64,000 nucleotides of DNA from Kofleriaceae bacterium (GCA_965215005.1 CBDCCZ010000042.1:1-64000); one strand, 5' to 3'. Positions 22,951 through 43,035 are shown, numbered from the stretch's first letter. Program-made: numbers and translations. The notes: generated by a model from the sequence alone, not told the origin.

Positions 22951-24627
22951 TTATTCGGGCCGCATCTGCGGAAAGAGAATCACGTCGCGAATCGATGCCT
23001 GACCGGTCAGTAGCATCGTGAGGCGGTCGATGCCCACGCCCTCCCCTGCGGCCGGGGGCATGCCGACCTCGAGCGCGCGGCAGTAGTCCTCGTCGTAGTC
23101 CATGGTTTCGTCGGCGCCGGTCTCACGCGCGCGCAGCTGGGCAACGAAGCGAGCGCGCTGGTCATCGGGATCGTTGAGCTCCGAGAATGCGTTGGCGATC
23201 TCGCGACCGAGGACGAACAGCTCGAAGCGATCGACGAGCGCCGGATCGGCTTCTTTCTTGCGCGCCAGCGGCGAGACCGCGAGCGGAAAATCGGTGAGGA
23301 AGGTCGGCTGCACCAGCTTGTCCTCGCAGCGAGCCTCGAAAATCATGAAGGCAATCTGCCCAGCGCGCACCCGTGCCTCGAGGGGATCGTCATACCTCGC
23401 CACCAGCTTGGCGGCCATGCTCGCGGCATTCTGACGATCGGCGCTGGCGGCCAAAATCTGCTCGGCGCCACCGAGGCCGGAAGCTGCCTCGACGCTCAGC
23501 GGCTCGAGCAGCGCCCGCACGATCGCTTGCCGGCTCACGCCGACGCCTGCGGCGGCCTCGGCCGCTGCGAGTGGATCGTCGAAAACCGCCGCTGAGACGC
23601 CCCCCAGCTCGACCACGGCCTGGCGCACCGACAGACGCTTCCACGGCGCCGCGAGCTCGAGCTCGGTGCCGTCCCAGGTGGTCTTGGTGGTGCCGTTGAC
23701 CTCTTGCGCGAGCCCGACGACGAGCTCTTCGGTGAGCTCCATGAGCGTCTCGTAGGTGGCGTACGCCATGTAGAACTCGAGCATCGTGAACTCAGGGTTG
23801 TGCCGACGCGACAGCCCCTCATTGCGAAAATTGCGATTGATCTCGAAGACGCGATCGAGTCCGCCGACGAGCAGCCGCTTGAGATAGAGCTCTGGCGCAA
23901 TGCGCATGTAAAGCTGCATGTCGAGCGCGTTGTGATGAGTGACGAACGGCCGTGCCGCGGCGCCGCCGATGATCGGATGCATCATCGGCGTCTCGACCTC
24001 GAGGAAGTACCGCGCCTCGAAGAACCGCCGAATGCCGGCGACGATCTGCGAGCGCTTGCGAAACACGTCGCGGACCTCGTTGCTGACCGCAAGGTCGAGA
24101 TACCGCTGGCGATAGCGAGTCTCGACGTCGGTGAGGCCGCTCCACTTATCGGGCAGTGGGCGCAGCGACTTGGTGAGCAGCTCGAGACGCTGGCACAACA
24201 GCGAAAGCTCGCCGCGCTTGGTCCAAAACGCCACTCCCTCGGCGCCGACGAAATCGCCGACGTCCAGCGGTCCCGCGACCTCGTTGAAATCGCTGGCATC
24301 GAGGTGATCGACGTTGATGAACAGCTGCAAATCGCCAGTGGCGTCGCGCACCGGCGCGAACACCGTCTTGCCAAACCCGCGACGAGCCATCACGCGCCCG
24401 GCAATGCGAATGACCTGCCCGTCGATCGGCACGATGCCGGCCGTTTTGCTGCCGAGCTCCTCCGGCTTGGTCCCCTCGTAGCGCGCGCGGGTCTCGGCGC
24501 AGGTGTGAGTCGGGTGGAAGTCGTTGCGGTAGGGATTGCGACCGGCGTGCCGAAGCGCAGCGACCTTATCGCGCCGATCCTGCATGATGCGGCGCAGCGG
24601 GCTATCGGGAGAATCCGCGGACGACAT
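22951..24627 (-). CDS. lysS: Lysyl-tRNA synthetase class II
   Basis: [62 protein letters not shown]. Confidence 0.97.
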   Translation of the reverse strand: MSSADSPDSPLRRIMQDRRDKVAALRHAGRNPYRNDFHPTHTCAETRARYEGTKPEELGSKTAGIVPIDGQVIRIAGRVMARRGFGKTVFAPVRDATGDLQLFINVDHLDASDFNEVAGPLDVGDFVGAEGVAFWTKRGELSLLCQRLELLTKSLRPLPDKWSGLTDVETRYRQRYLDLAVSNEVRDVFRKRSQIVAGIRRFFEARYFLEVETPMMHPIIGGAAARPFVTHHNALDMQLYMRIAPELYLKRLLVGGLDRVFEINRNFRNEGLSRRHNPEFTMLEFYMAYATYETLMELTEELVVGLAQEVNGTTKTTWDGTELELAAPWKRLSVRQAVVELGGVSAAVFDDPLAAAEAAAGVGVSRQAIVRALLEPLSVEAASGLGGAEQILAASADRQNAASMAAKLVARYDDPLEARVRAGQIAFMIFEARCEDKLVQPTFLTDFPLAVSPLARKKEADPALVDRFELFVLGREIANAFSELNDPDDQRARFVAQLRARETGADETMDYDEDYCRALEVGMPPAAGEGVGIDRLTMLLTGQASIRDVILFPQMRPE

Positions 24628-24646
24628 AGGCGCGAAACTGTAATGC

Positions 24647-26158
24647 ATGGCGGCGGATCGTGCTATGCGCATCGAGATGCGAATGGTCGCGCGATGGCTG
24701 ATGCTGGTGGTTCTAACGGCGATCAGCGCGAGCTGTCAGAAGGAGCGGCAGGAGCCCACGCGGCAGGTTGTCGTAGAGGCGCCGCCGCAACCCACGGCCG
24801 CGGAGCCAGCGCCACTCGCCGCCGCGGCGACGCCGGCGAATGCCCCCGCAGCCGTGCCAGCGGCTGGTTGCGAAGGGGAAGCGCAAGGGCCGCTGCACTG
24901 GCTGCACGATGATTACGAGCGTGCGCTGCTTTGCGCCAAAGCCGCGAATCTGCCGCTAGTCATCGATATGTGGGCACCTTGGTGTCACACCTGTCTATCG
25001 ATGAAGCAGACAGTGCTGCGCGATCCAGCGCTCGCGCCGCTAGCTCAGCGCTTCGTGTGGCTTTCGCTCGATACGGATCGCGAGACCAACGCGGCTGCGA
25101 TCGCCGCGTTGCCGGTGACGGTGTGGCCAACGTTTTATGTGCTCTCACCCGACGAGACGGTGCAGGGACGGTACTTGGGCGCAGCGTCGGTGACGCAGCT
25201 GCGAGAGCTGCTAGCGGCCGCCGAGAAGGCGCATGAGGTAGCGAGCGCCGCCGATGGCACCCTGCCGGCGGAGCTGCAAGCGGTGGTTCGTGGTGATCGC
25301 GCGGCGACTGCCGGCGATTGGCCTGGCGCTGCCGCCGCGTATCGACAGGCACTCGCAGCGGCGCCCGCGGAGTTTTCTCGCCGCGCCGAGGTGTTGGTGG
25401 CGCTCGCGGCGGCGCTGCAACGCGGCGGTGACCTCGCCGGATGCGTAGCGCTCGGGCGCGCCGAGCTCGGCGCCACCGGCTCGAGTGCCAGCGCCGCCGA
25501 TTTCGTGCAGACCATCGCCCGCTGCGCTGCTGAGCTCGACGAAGCGAAGCAAGCTTGGGCCGTGCGGCGCATGCTCGTGCGGCGGCTCGAGGCGCTGCTG
25601 GCCGAGAAAACCGCGCCGCTGTCGGCCGATGATCGCGCCGATGCGATGCGAATCGCGCGCGAGCTCTACGACGCGCTGGGACAACACAGACGGGCACGGC
25701 GCATGGCCGAGCGCCAAGCGGCCTATCTCGAGGATGCGGCACGCGCGGCTGAGTCGCCGTATGCGGCGATGACCTTCAACTGGCCGCGCGCGGAGGTCGC
25801 TGTATACCTGGGACGCGCTGCCGAGCTCGTCGCCCCGCTCGAGGCGCAGGTCGCCGCGCTGCCAACCGAGTACGATCCGCCGTATCGCTTGGCGTGGGTA
25901 CTGCTTCAGCTCGGCGAGCACGAGCGGGCCCAGGAGCTGGCCGAGCGCGCCAGTGCGCTCATGTATGGCCCGCGCAAAGCGCGCGCCTTGCAGATGCTGG
26001 TGGATATCGCCGTCGCCGCCGGCGACCCGCAGGGGCAGCGCCGCGCTTTCGAGGAGCTGATCGAGCACCTCGAGCAGCTTCCGGCCGGTCAAGCTGACGC
26101 AGCGGAGCTGACGCGCGCTCGCGAGGCGCTCGCTGCGCTCCCCAAGACGCCGCGCTAA
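24647..26158 (+). CDS. Thioredoxin-fold (CxxC) lipoprotein with TPR-like helical C-terminus
   Basis: Putative lipobox [17 protein letters not shown] cis-Pro motif, Ala-rich helical repeats. The true start may be a later ATG. Confidence 0.8.
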   Translation: MAADRAMRIEMRMVARWLMLVVLTAISASCQKERQEPTRQVVVEAPPQPTAAEPAPLAAAATPANAPAAVPAAGCEGEAQGPLHWLHDDYERALLCAKAANLPLVIDMWAPWCHTCLSMKQTVLRDPALAPLAQRFVWLSLDTDRETNAAAIAALPVTVWPTFYVLSPDETVQGRYLGAASVTQLRELLAAAEKAHEVASAADGTLPAELQAVVRGDRAATAGDWPGAAAAYRQALAAAPAEFSRRAEVLVALAAALQRGGDLAGCVALGRAELGATGSSASAADFVQTIARCAAELDEAKQAWAVRRMLVRRLEALLAEKTAPLSADDRADAMRIARELYDALGQHRRARRMAERQAAYLEDAARAAESPYAAMTFNWPRAEVAVYLGRAAELVAPLEAQVAALPTEYDPPYRLAWVLLQLGEHERAQELAERASALMYGPRKARALQMLVDIAVAAGDPQGQRRAFEELIEHLEQLPAGQADAAELTRAREALAALPKTPR

Positions 26159-26165
26159 GCGATGC

Positions 26166-27309
26166 TCAGTCGCGGTCGGCCGATGATGAGGTCATGCCGC
26201 CTTCTTGCAAGAGGAAGGCGCGAATGAACTCATCGAGGTCACCATCGAGCACCGCATCGACGTTGCCGACCTTGAGCTCGGTGCGATGATCGGTGACCTG
26301 GCGATAGGGCGCCAGCACGTACGAGCGGATCTGCGAGCCCCACTCGATGCCTTTCTTATCCTTGGCCGCCGCCGCGGCTTTGGCGTCCTGCTCGCGCTTG
26401 CGCAGGTCATAGAGCCGTGAGCGCAGCACCTTGAACGCCCGCGCTTTGTTCTTGTGTTGCGACCGCTCGTTTTGACACGTGACCACGACGCCGGTGGGAA
26501 GGTGCGTGATGCGCACCGCGCTCTCGGTCTTATTGACGTGCTGCCCGCCGGCGCCGCCGGCGCGATACACATCGATGCGCAGATCCCCTTCGTCGATGTC
26601 GATCTCGACGTCTTCATCGATGTCAGGAGTGACCGCGACCGCCGCGAACGAGGTCTGCCGACGGGCGTTGGCGTCGAACGGCGAGATGCGCACCAGCCGG
26701 TGCACCCCGGTTTCGGCCTTGAGCAGCCCATAGGCGTAGTCGCCGTTGACCACCACGGTGGCGCTCTTGATACCCGCCTCTTCGGCCGGCTGCTCCTCGA
26801 GGATCTCGACCTTCCAGCCGTTGCGCTCGCTGTAGCGGAGCAGCATCCGAAACAGCATCTGGGCCCAGTCTGCGGCATCGACGCCACCGGCGCCGGGCTT
26901 GATTTGCACCACCGCGCCGCCACCGTCGTACTCGCCCGACAACATGCGGCGAAACTCGAGGTCGTCGAGCGACTGCCGCACCTCGGCAGCAGCCGCCTCG
27001 GCTTCACGCACCGAGTCGACGTCGTCAGCCTCGACCGCGAGGTCGAGCAACACCAGTGCATCGGAGAGCTTTTGCGACTGCGCGTCCCAGGAATCGACCG
27101 CGTTCTTGCACGCCGCGGTCTCCTTGAGCACTTCCTGCGCCCTGCTTTGATCGTCCCAAAACGTCGGCGCCGCGGCTAGCGACTCGAGCTCTTCGATACG
27201 GAGACGTTTCTGGTCGACGTCAAAGATGCCCCCGGAGCTCACGCAGCTGATGCTCGAGCTCCTTTAGGGTGAAGCGAAGGCCTTTGATATCTAGATCTGC
27301 AAGTGACAT
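26166..27309 (-). CDS. prfB: Peptide chain release factor 2 with programmed +1 frameshift
   Basis: [29 protein letters not shown], then CTT TGA C (27225-27219) continuing DVDQKR...; SPF and GGQ motifs, WGSQIRSYV. Confidence 0.97.
27219..27233 (-). promoter_or_regulatory. prfB autoregulatory frameshift site
   Basis: GGGGG-CAT-CTT-TGA-C: internal SD-like run 3 nt before the slippery CTT TGA. Confidence 0.92.
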
Positions 27310-27329
27310 AGCGAGTTCGCCGTCGGAGC

Positions 27330-28751
<1,422 letters not shown>

Positions 28752-28900
28752 CGCTGTTGCGAGTTACCACGCGCACGCGGCGGTGAAAAGGACAGAGCCG
28801 CGCGGTCTGGTTCCCCGCCGGGTCGGCGGGCCCTGCCGGCATCGAGGCGGCGCCCTGCTGGCTTGTGCAGTCGCTCGAGATCGCTTAAGAATCGAGAATC

Positions 28901-29749
28901 GTGGCGCGGGTTCTGTGGCGAGATGCGCAAGGCAATGAAGGGTCGATCGAGCTCGGCTTGGGCGAGACCCGCATCGGCCGCGCGATGGACTGCGGCATCC
29001 GCACCGATGACGCGATGGTTTCCCGCCACCATGCGCGGCTATATTGGAGCGGCCGGCAGTACGTCGTAGAGGACCTGGGCAGCGCCAACGGCGTCTTCTA
29101 TCAAGAGCGACGGGTCACCCAGCACCTGCTCAACCATGGCGACGCGGTCCGCTGCGGCTCGCTGTGGCTGCGCTTCGTCGATGAAGCGCAGGCGGCGCAC
29201 ATGCAGCGCGATGCAAGCGCGCTGTTGGCCAGTCGCGCCCACACCGCGGAGCCAGTTGCGGGTGCCTCGCCAGCGCCGCCGCCCGCGCTCGATGAAAGCC
29301 GCGGGGAAGACGAAGTGCGCTCGTTGCGACGCAGACTCGAACAGATGCAAGCGGAGCTGCGCATCGTTCGGGCCGGCAAGCTCGGCGCGCAGGGAGCGCA
29401 GCGTCTGGAGGAGCTGGAGAACGATTACTCTGGCCTCGAGGCGGAGCGCGACGAGCTGCGTCGCAGTCTCGCTGAGGCGCGAGCCAGCCTTGAAGCCGAG
29501 AGCGGCAGCAAAAAGGTGCAACACGCGGAGCGCATCACGCGTCGTGCCGCCGAGCTTGCCACCTCTCTCAATGACGTGCTTTCGAACCTGCGCATCAACG
29601 TGATGGCGGCGGAGGGGGAGTTCGAGCAGTTCGCCCAGGCGTTGCCCAAAGCGAGCTTCGAGCTCATTCGCGAAGCGTTGCGCTCCTCGAGCACCGACGT
29701 CGCCGCCGCTCGCGAGCTCCTCAAAGATCTGCGCGAGCTCGACGATTAG
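28901..29749 (+). CDS. FHA-domain protein with C-terminal coiled coil
   Basis: IGR, VSRHHA, DLGSANG motifs; heptad-rich C-terminus. Confidence 0.88.
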   Translation: MARVLWRDAQGNEGSIELGLGETRIGRAMDCGIRTDDAMVSRHHARLYWSGRQYVVEDLGSANGVFYQERRVTQHLLNHGDAVRCGSLWLRFVDEAQAAHMQRDASALLASRAHTAEPVAGASPAPPPALDESRGEDEVRSLRRRLEQMQAELRIVRAGKLGAQGAQRLEELENDYSGLEAERDELRRSLAEARASLEAESGSKKVQHAERITRRAAELATSLNDVLSNLRINVMAAEGEFEQFAQALPKASFELIREALRSSSTDVAAARELLKDLRELDD

Positions 29750-30095
29750 TACGCCGCCGCGGGATGGATGACGCAGGACCCCGCCGCCCCGATGCGGGGC
29801 AAGGGCGGCAAATTTCTGCTGCTCAGGCGCCCCGTTCGGCGTCTCCCCAAGCGATTGTTGTTTTTCTAGCGGTTCACGACTTCCGCCGTGAACCACCAGC
29901 GGTTCGCGGCGGAAGTCGGCGCATGGCCTCGCAGCGCGACGCCTTAGGTGTCGGGCGCCGACCACCTTAGCTCCTACACTTAAGGTGCGGGCCCCGCCAT
30001 GGTCGACCTACAGTTCGATCGTGGAAGCGCGGCGTGTTGCGGCGCGACCACTGAGTGAGAGCAACAACAACGCCGGGTTCAGCGAGGAAACGATC

Positions 30096-30938
30096 ATGTA
30101 CACACGCACCGGAGCCCCTAACCGGGCCGTCATCGCCGGCTGTCTTCTCGGCAGCGGCGCCGCCGCGCTCATCGCCGTTGGCTGCGTCGGCACGCTCACG
30201 CCCTTGCAGCTCGGCTTCGAGGACACCGACGCCGATAGCTATCGCGACGCGGTGGATGTCGATGGCGACAACACCAGCGACTACTTCTTCGCGGGAAGCA
30301 GTGCCACCGAGACGCTGATTTCCGCGCGCGGCTGGTGCGATGTAGCCACCGAGGTGTTGATCGACAACGACGGCGACGGAATTCCCGACGCCCTTGACCT
30401 CGACTGCGACGGCGTCATCGACGTGGTGCTGTTTCCCAACGGCTCCAGTGGCTCCACCGGTACCGACGGCGCCGACGGTACCCCCGGCGCAAACGGCAGC
30501 TGCCAGATCAGCAGCGACGTCAATGGCGAGTCCCGCTCGGTTTCCTGCACCGGCGATGGCACCACCACGAGCTGCGAGTGCGCCGCCAACGGCGTGGTCG
30601 TCGACACCTGCACCACGGACGGTGGCGACATCATCTGCGAGCTCGAGGCGAGCTGCTGCAACTTCGACAACCCGCCGCAAGATCCAGGCAACGACCCGCC
30701 CTCCGACGGCTCCGACGGCTCCGACGGCTCCGACGGCTCCGACGGCTCCGACGGCTCCGACGCGACCATCTGCCAAAGCTCGATCAACGACAACGGTGAG
30801 CTGCTCGAGGTGAGCTGCCAAGGCGATGGCTCGACGACGGAATGCGAGTGCATTGTCGACGGTGACGTGATCGAGACCTGCACCACCATCGACTCCGAGG
30901 ACGTCTGCTTGCCCGGCCAGTCCTGCTGCCCGTTCTGA
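30096..30938 (+). CDS. Secreted Asp/Cys-rich putative lipoprotein with DxDxDG motifs and two 8-Cys domains
   Basis: GAGG RBS; hydrophobic segment ending IAVGC; DADS/DVDGD/DNDGDGIPD/DLDCDG; duplicated Cys domain; SDG linker. Confidence 0.8.
   Translation: MYTRTGAPNRAVIAGCLLGSGAAALIAVGCVGTLTPLQLGFEDTDADSYRDAVDVDGDNTSDYFFAGSSATETLISARGWCDVATEVLIDNDGDGIPDALDLDCDGVIDVVLFPNGSSGSTGTDGADGTPGANGSCQISSDVNGESRSVSCTGDGTTTSCECAANGVVVDTCTTDGGDIICELEASCCNFDNPPQDPGNDPPSDGSDGSDGSDGSDGSDGSDATICQSSINDNGELLEVSCQGDGSTTECECIVDGDVIETCTTIDSEDVCLPGQSCCPF
30701..30762. repeat. 9-bp tandem repeat CTCCGACGG, six full copies plus a near-complete seventh (Ser-Asp-Gly linker)
   Basis: Read directly from the sequence. Confidence 0.95.
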
Positions 30939-31003
30939 AGCCCAAGGATGTGTTGACCCTCTGCCTCCTCCCCTCCGCGTCAAAGGCGATGCCACCTCCG
31001 GCG

Positions 31004-31087
31004 CCGCCTCTGGCGCTGCTGCCCCCGCCTTGTTAGCGTCCAGGGGCGGTGCCCCCCCCCCCCGGCACCGCCTCTGGCGCTGCTGCC
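31004..31087. repeat. 20-bp direct repeat plus GC hairpin with poly-C loop between convergent genes
   Basis: CCGCCTCTGGCGCTGCTGCC at 31004 and 31068; stem GGCGGTGCC/GGCACCGCC (31045-31072) around a C12 run. Confidence 0.6.
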
Positions 31088-31115
31088 TAAAAACGTCCCG
31101 TTCGCGTCCCCGCGG

Positions 31116-31361
31116 TCACGAAGACGCGCCGTCTTTGAGATCTAGAATCGCTTGGCGAAACTGGTCGGCCTTACGCGGGCTCATGTAGACCTTGGCGGTC
31201 ATCTCGATGCCCGCAGCGAGCCGGTCGAGCCGATCGACGGTGATGGTCTCCGGGTCTTCTCCGCGTTGCACGATGCGGATGCGCCGACAGATGTAGTCCT
31301 CTGCCGCCACCCCCATGAAGTCGCGTGCGATGGCGAGGATCTGGTCGTAAAGCTGGGCCAC
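31116..31361 (-). CDS. 81-aa helical hypothetical protein, last gene of the signalling cluster
   Basis: GTG start 8 nt after the upstream stop; protein-like composition. Confidence 0.7.
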   Translation of the reverse strand: MAQLYDQILAIARDFMGVAAEDYICRRIRIVQRGEDPETITVDRLDRLAAGIEMTAKVYMSPRKADQFRQAILDLKDGASS

Positions 31362-31369
31362 CTGGTTGC

Positions 31370-32671
31370 CTACGCGTTGCTCTCCGGTTCCTGATCGCCA
31401 TCTTCTGGATCAGGATCGGCGCGGCCGAGGGAACGTTCCCGAAAGAATTTGATGGCGGCCACCATCCGCTCGAAGCTATCCGCAAGCTGACCGATTTCGT
31501 CGCGCGAGCGAATGTCGAGCTGGATATCGAGCTCACCCTTGCTGATGCGATCGGTGGCTTCTCTGAGCTCGCCGAGCGGCCTCACCAATGCGCGTGCGAC
31601 CACGAACGACGCGACCACCACCAACAGCACGATGACGACCGTTAGCAAAATCACGCGCTGGCGGATTCCGCGCGCTGCGCGCACCGCCTCTTGATGATCG
31701 ACTTTGGTCACCAGCCCCCACTCGAGCACCGGCACGTGCGTCCAGGCCGCGAACACCGGCTTGCCGCGATAGTCACTCGTCAAGCCGCGCCCTGATTGAC
31801 CGCTCACGGCGCGTTGCAGGGGCAATGCCGCCTCCTCACCCATCGGAAGCGTCCGGTTTAGTGCCGCGGTGTCATCGTGCCGCGTCGGCGCCATGAAGAC
31901 GATGCCCTCCGGCCCCTTCTTGCCGACCACGGTCTCGCCGGTCTCGCCGAGGCCGGTCGAGTCGTTGATGAGGAGATAGAACTCTTTGAGATTGAGCCGG
32001 GCGGCAAACACGCCAATCTCGCTGCCGTCCTTGCCGCGAATCGGCGTCGAGATGACCATCGTGAGCTGCCCGGTGATGGGTGAGCGAAACACCGACTGAA
32101 GAAACGTAGCCATGCGCCCGCGTTGAAAGTACTCGAGGTTGGCCGCCGAGGTCCCTTCATGGCCGGTGAACGTGGAGGCGACGACGCGTCCCTCGGGATC
32201 GAAGATCAGCAGCTCTTCGAAGACTCCCTGATCCCATAGCAGCAGCGAGAGCGCCTGGCGCAGCTCGGCGAGAGCCTCGGCCACGCCGGGGTCAGGCGCC
32301 GGCGCGCTCGGTGGCGCGGCGAGAGGAATCGGGCTATCGGGGCTCTCGGCGGGCAACTGTTCGGCGTCCTCGAGCTCCGGCAGGGTCTCGGGCGCCGGCG
32401 CTTGCCGATCGGTACCGAGCTCGACCTCGCGGCTACGCAGGGCCGTGAACGGCGGCACCACCAGACTCGCCATGCGCTCGACGTCCTGCCGTCGAACCGC
32501 GGCGAACTGATCGATGGCCTCGGCCTTGGCGCGCGCAAGCGCTGCGAGATAGTCGAGCGTGCTGTCGCGCATCGTCTGCGCCGAGGTCTGAATGGCCAGC
32601 ATGGCGACCACCGCCGCGGGAATCACGGCAAACGCCAACAGCAAGAGCAGGAGCTTGATTCGCCAGGTCAT
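31370..32671 (-). CDS. Membrane sensor TM-dCache-TM-HAMP with no output domain
   Basis: Two TM helices; Cache motifs (YFQRG, SPITGQLTMVISTPI, DYRGKPVFAAW); HAMP (RPLGELREATDRISKGELD...DEIGQLADSFERM); stop about 30 aa later. Confidence 0.85.
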   Translation of the reverse strand: MTWRIKLLLLLLAFAVIPAAVVAMLAIQTSAQTMRDSTLDYLAALARAKAEAIDQFAAVRRQDVERMASLVVPPFTALRSREVELGTDRQAPAPETLPELEDAEQLPAESPDSPIPLAAPPSAPAPDPGVAEALAELRQALSLLLWDQGVFEELLIFDPEGRVVASTFTGHEGTSAANLEYFQRGRMATFLQSVFRSPITGQLTMVISTPIRGKDGSEIGVFAARLNLKEFYLLINDSTGLGETGETVVGKKGPEGIVFMAPTRHDDTAALNRTLPMGEEAALPLQRAVSGQSGRGLTSDYRGKPVFAAWTHVPVLEWGLVTKVDHQEAVRAARGIRQRVILLTVVIVLLVVVASFVVARALVRPLGELREATDRISKGELDIQLDIRSRDEIGQLADSFERMVAAIKFFRERSLGRADPDPEDGDQEPESNA

Positions 32672-32687
32672 AAGCGTTGCTTCCTTG

Positions 32688-33284
32688 TCATCCCGCGCCC
32701 GCTCCGCATGGCCAGTCGCCAGCGGAGGGACAAAGCTGGGCCAGTCGCGGCCCCATCGCCGGCAGCCGCAGGACCTCGGCCCGGGCGATGCGTTCAATGG
32801 CGGCCGTTGGCGCGACTCGGCTTTCGGCGGTGCTCGGCTCTTGTACCAGCACCACGCCGCCTGCAGCGGCAATTCGAGCGGCACCAGCGGCGCCGTCGGC
32901 GGTGGCTCCGGTGAGCACCACCGCCACCGCCCCGCGACCGAGCTCCTCGGCCACCGACTCGAACAACACGTCGATCGATGGCCGCGCGTAGCCCACGGCG
33001 GATTCTGTGGAAAGCGCCAGATGCTCGCCGTCTAAGAGGATGTGATAATCGGCGGGCGCCAAATAGATGCGTCCGCGTGTGACCACGCAGCCGCTTTCCG
33101 GTTCTTCCACCGGCCGATGGGTGCGTCGGCTCAGCAGCTCGGCGAGGCGGGATTCGCTGTCGGCAGCGCGGTGTTGCACGATGACGACCGGCGTGTCGAA
33201 GTCAGCCGCGAGCGAGCCAAGCAGCACCGGGATGGCTTCTAGGCCGCCGAGTGAGACGCCGACTGCGACCAGTCGTCGCTGCAT
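32688..33284 (-). CDS. cheB: CheB methylesterase, catalytic domain only
   Basis: GVSLGG (Ser), VQHR (His), APADYH, RPSIDVLFES, LTGATADGA (Asp); no REC domain. Confidence 0.9.
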   Translation of the reverse strand: MQRRLVAVGVSLGGLEAIPVLLGSLAADFDTPVVIVQHRAADSESRLAELLSRRTHRPVEEPESGCVVTRGRIYLAPADYHILLDGEHLALSTESAVGYARPSIDVLFESVAEELGRGAVAVVLTGATADGAAGAARIAAAGGVVLVQEPSTAESRVAPTAAIERIARAEVLRLPAMGPRLAQLCPSAGDWPCGAGAG

Positions 33285-33287
33285 GCA

Positions 33288-34124
33288 CTAACCGCCCTTC
33301 CGGTAGAGACGGACGTCGCCGTCGATGCTGTGATAGCGCGTAGCCAACGGGCTGTGCGCAAGCGACTCTTTGCGACCCAAGCCGAGGGTCCCAAAGTGTA
33401 CCAGGCTCGAGTCCAGCAGCTGCAGAACCCGCTTGCGCAGCGTATCGTCGAAGTAGATGAGCACGTTGCGGCACAAGATCAGGTGAAACTCGTTGAACGA
33501 GCCGTCGGAGACGAGATTGTGCTGCGAGAAGACGACGTTGCGCCGCAAGCTCGAGCGGAACACCGCATTTTCATCATCGGCGGTGTAGTAGCTCGAGAAG
33601 TCTTTGCTGCCGCCAGCGCGCAAATAGTTCGCAGTGTTATCGCGCATTCGAACCAGCGGGAACACGCCGCTCGAGGCGCGCCGTAGCACCGCGCCGCTCA
33701 TGTCAGTCGCGTAGAGGCGACAGCGCTCGTAGAGACCCTCTTCGATCAGCACAATCGCGAGCGAGTACACCTCTTCGCCGGTCGCGCAGCCGGCGTGCCA
33801 GATTCGCACGAAGGGATACGTGCGCAGCTTGGGAACCACCTCGGCGCGCAACACCCGGTAGAACTCCGGGTCGCGAAACATCGCCGTCACGTGCACCGAG
33901 AGCGTGGTGACGAAGCGCTCCATGCACCGTGGGTCGCGCAAGATACGCTCCTGTAGCGCCGAGATCGACGGCACGTTCTCATCCTCGACCGCGCGTCGCA
34001 CCCGTCGCCGCAGCGAGGCCGCCGCGTAGTTGCGAAAGTCATAGCCGTATCGCTTGGCGATTCCGGTGAGCAAGAGCTCGAGCTCCAAGCTCTCGAGCTC
34101 GTGGCCGTCGCTACTGGCATCCAC
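33288..34124 (-). CDS. cheR: CheR protein-glutamate methyltransferase
   Basis: YGYDFRNY, VTAMFRDP, RIWHAGCATGEEVYS, ILCRNVLIYF. Start is GTG 34124 or ATG 34148. Confidence 0.93.
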   Translation of the reverse strand: MDASSDGHELESLELELLLTGIAKRYGYDFRNYAAASLRRRVRRAVEDENVPSISALQERILRDPRCMERFVTTLSVHVTAMFRDPEFYRVLRAEVVPKLRTYPFVRIWHAGCATGEEVYSLAIVLIEEGLYERCRLYATDMSGAVLRRASSGVFPLVRMRDNTANYLRAGGSKDFSSYYTADDENAVFRSSLRRNVVFSQHNLVSDGSFNEFHLILCRNVLIYFDDTLRKRVLQLLDSSLVHFGTLGLGRKESLAHSPLATRYHSIDGDVRLYRKGG

Positions 34125-34132
34125 CCTGTCTT

Positions 34133-40387
<6,255 letters not shown>

Positions 40388-40424
40388 ACCTCTCCTTGGA
40401 GATGGCGACAGCGGCAGTGGCGGC

Positions 40425-42191
<1,767 letters not shown>

Positions 42192-42442
42192 CCGCACAGG
42201 GCCCGCCGCTGCTGCAAACCCGAGGCCTCTAGAAACGCAGGGCCATGCGCACCCGCTGGCGCTCTTGCGTGGCAAGGATGCCGCCCCGTGGCGTTATGAC
42301 ACTCTAAGAAACGTTGACCGCTGCGGGCGAGGATGGCGCGGCGTGAAAGCGGCTCGTCACGAGCCCTCTACACTTAACGCCTCCACAACTACCTGATAAC
42401 AGAGGCCTAAAGAAAAATTGTCGATAGCCGATTACAAATCAC

Positions 42443-42934
42443 GTGGCACATTGTCGACGCCCAGTTACAATTACCATCGTGAGCCAGCATCCTAACGAAA
42501 TTCCTGCAGACCGTGCGTCACAGCTCCTGCGCTGGCTCGTGGCCGGCGCAGGCCTGGCCGGCGCGCTCGCCGCTCTCGCGCAACCTGGCGGCAGCGCCGA
42601 TACCGCCGAGATCGCGTCGGTGTTGGCTATTGGCGCGCTCGCCCTCTTTGCTGGTCACGCCTGGGGCATGCTCGTGGTGGTATTTGCCGATGTGGTGCTG
42701 CTCGGTCAGGTCTGGCCGATGGCGGTGTACCAAGACCCGCCCAGCCTTGCAGCGCAAGTCGCGGCCTACACCGCTGTCGCCGGCGCCCTGCCCGGCCTAC
42801 TACTGTTCGCGCGCATCGTTCCGGGCACCGTCGATTTCGTGCTCGGCCCCCGCTCTTCGCGTCTGCTCCGCACCAGCGCCATCGCACTGGCCACCGCCGC
42901 CAGCGGAGCCTGGCTGCTCACGCCGGCGCTCTAG
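42443..42934 (+). CDS. Hypothetical multi-pass membrane protein
   Basis: 4-5 hydrophobic segments; start uncertain (GTG 42443 or 42479). Confidence 0.65.
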   Translation: MAHCRRPVTITIVSQHPNEIPADRASQLLRWLVAGAGLAGALAALAQPGGSADTAEIASVLAIGALALFAGHAWGMLVVVFADVVLLGQVWPMAVYQDPPSLAAQVAAYTAVAGALPGLLLFARIVPGTVDFVLGPRSSRLLRTSAIALATAASGAWLLTPAL

Positions 42935-43035
42935 GGCTTCGCTTCAGCGCCGCTGGCCGCGCACGTCGCAGCGAATGACGTTGGGCAACGAGCCGAGGCG
43001 TCGCCGGAGCTCTTGAAGTGCCCCGCCCGCCGCTG

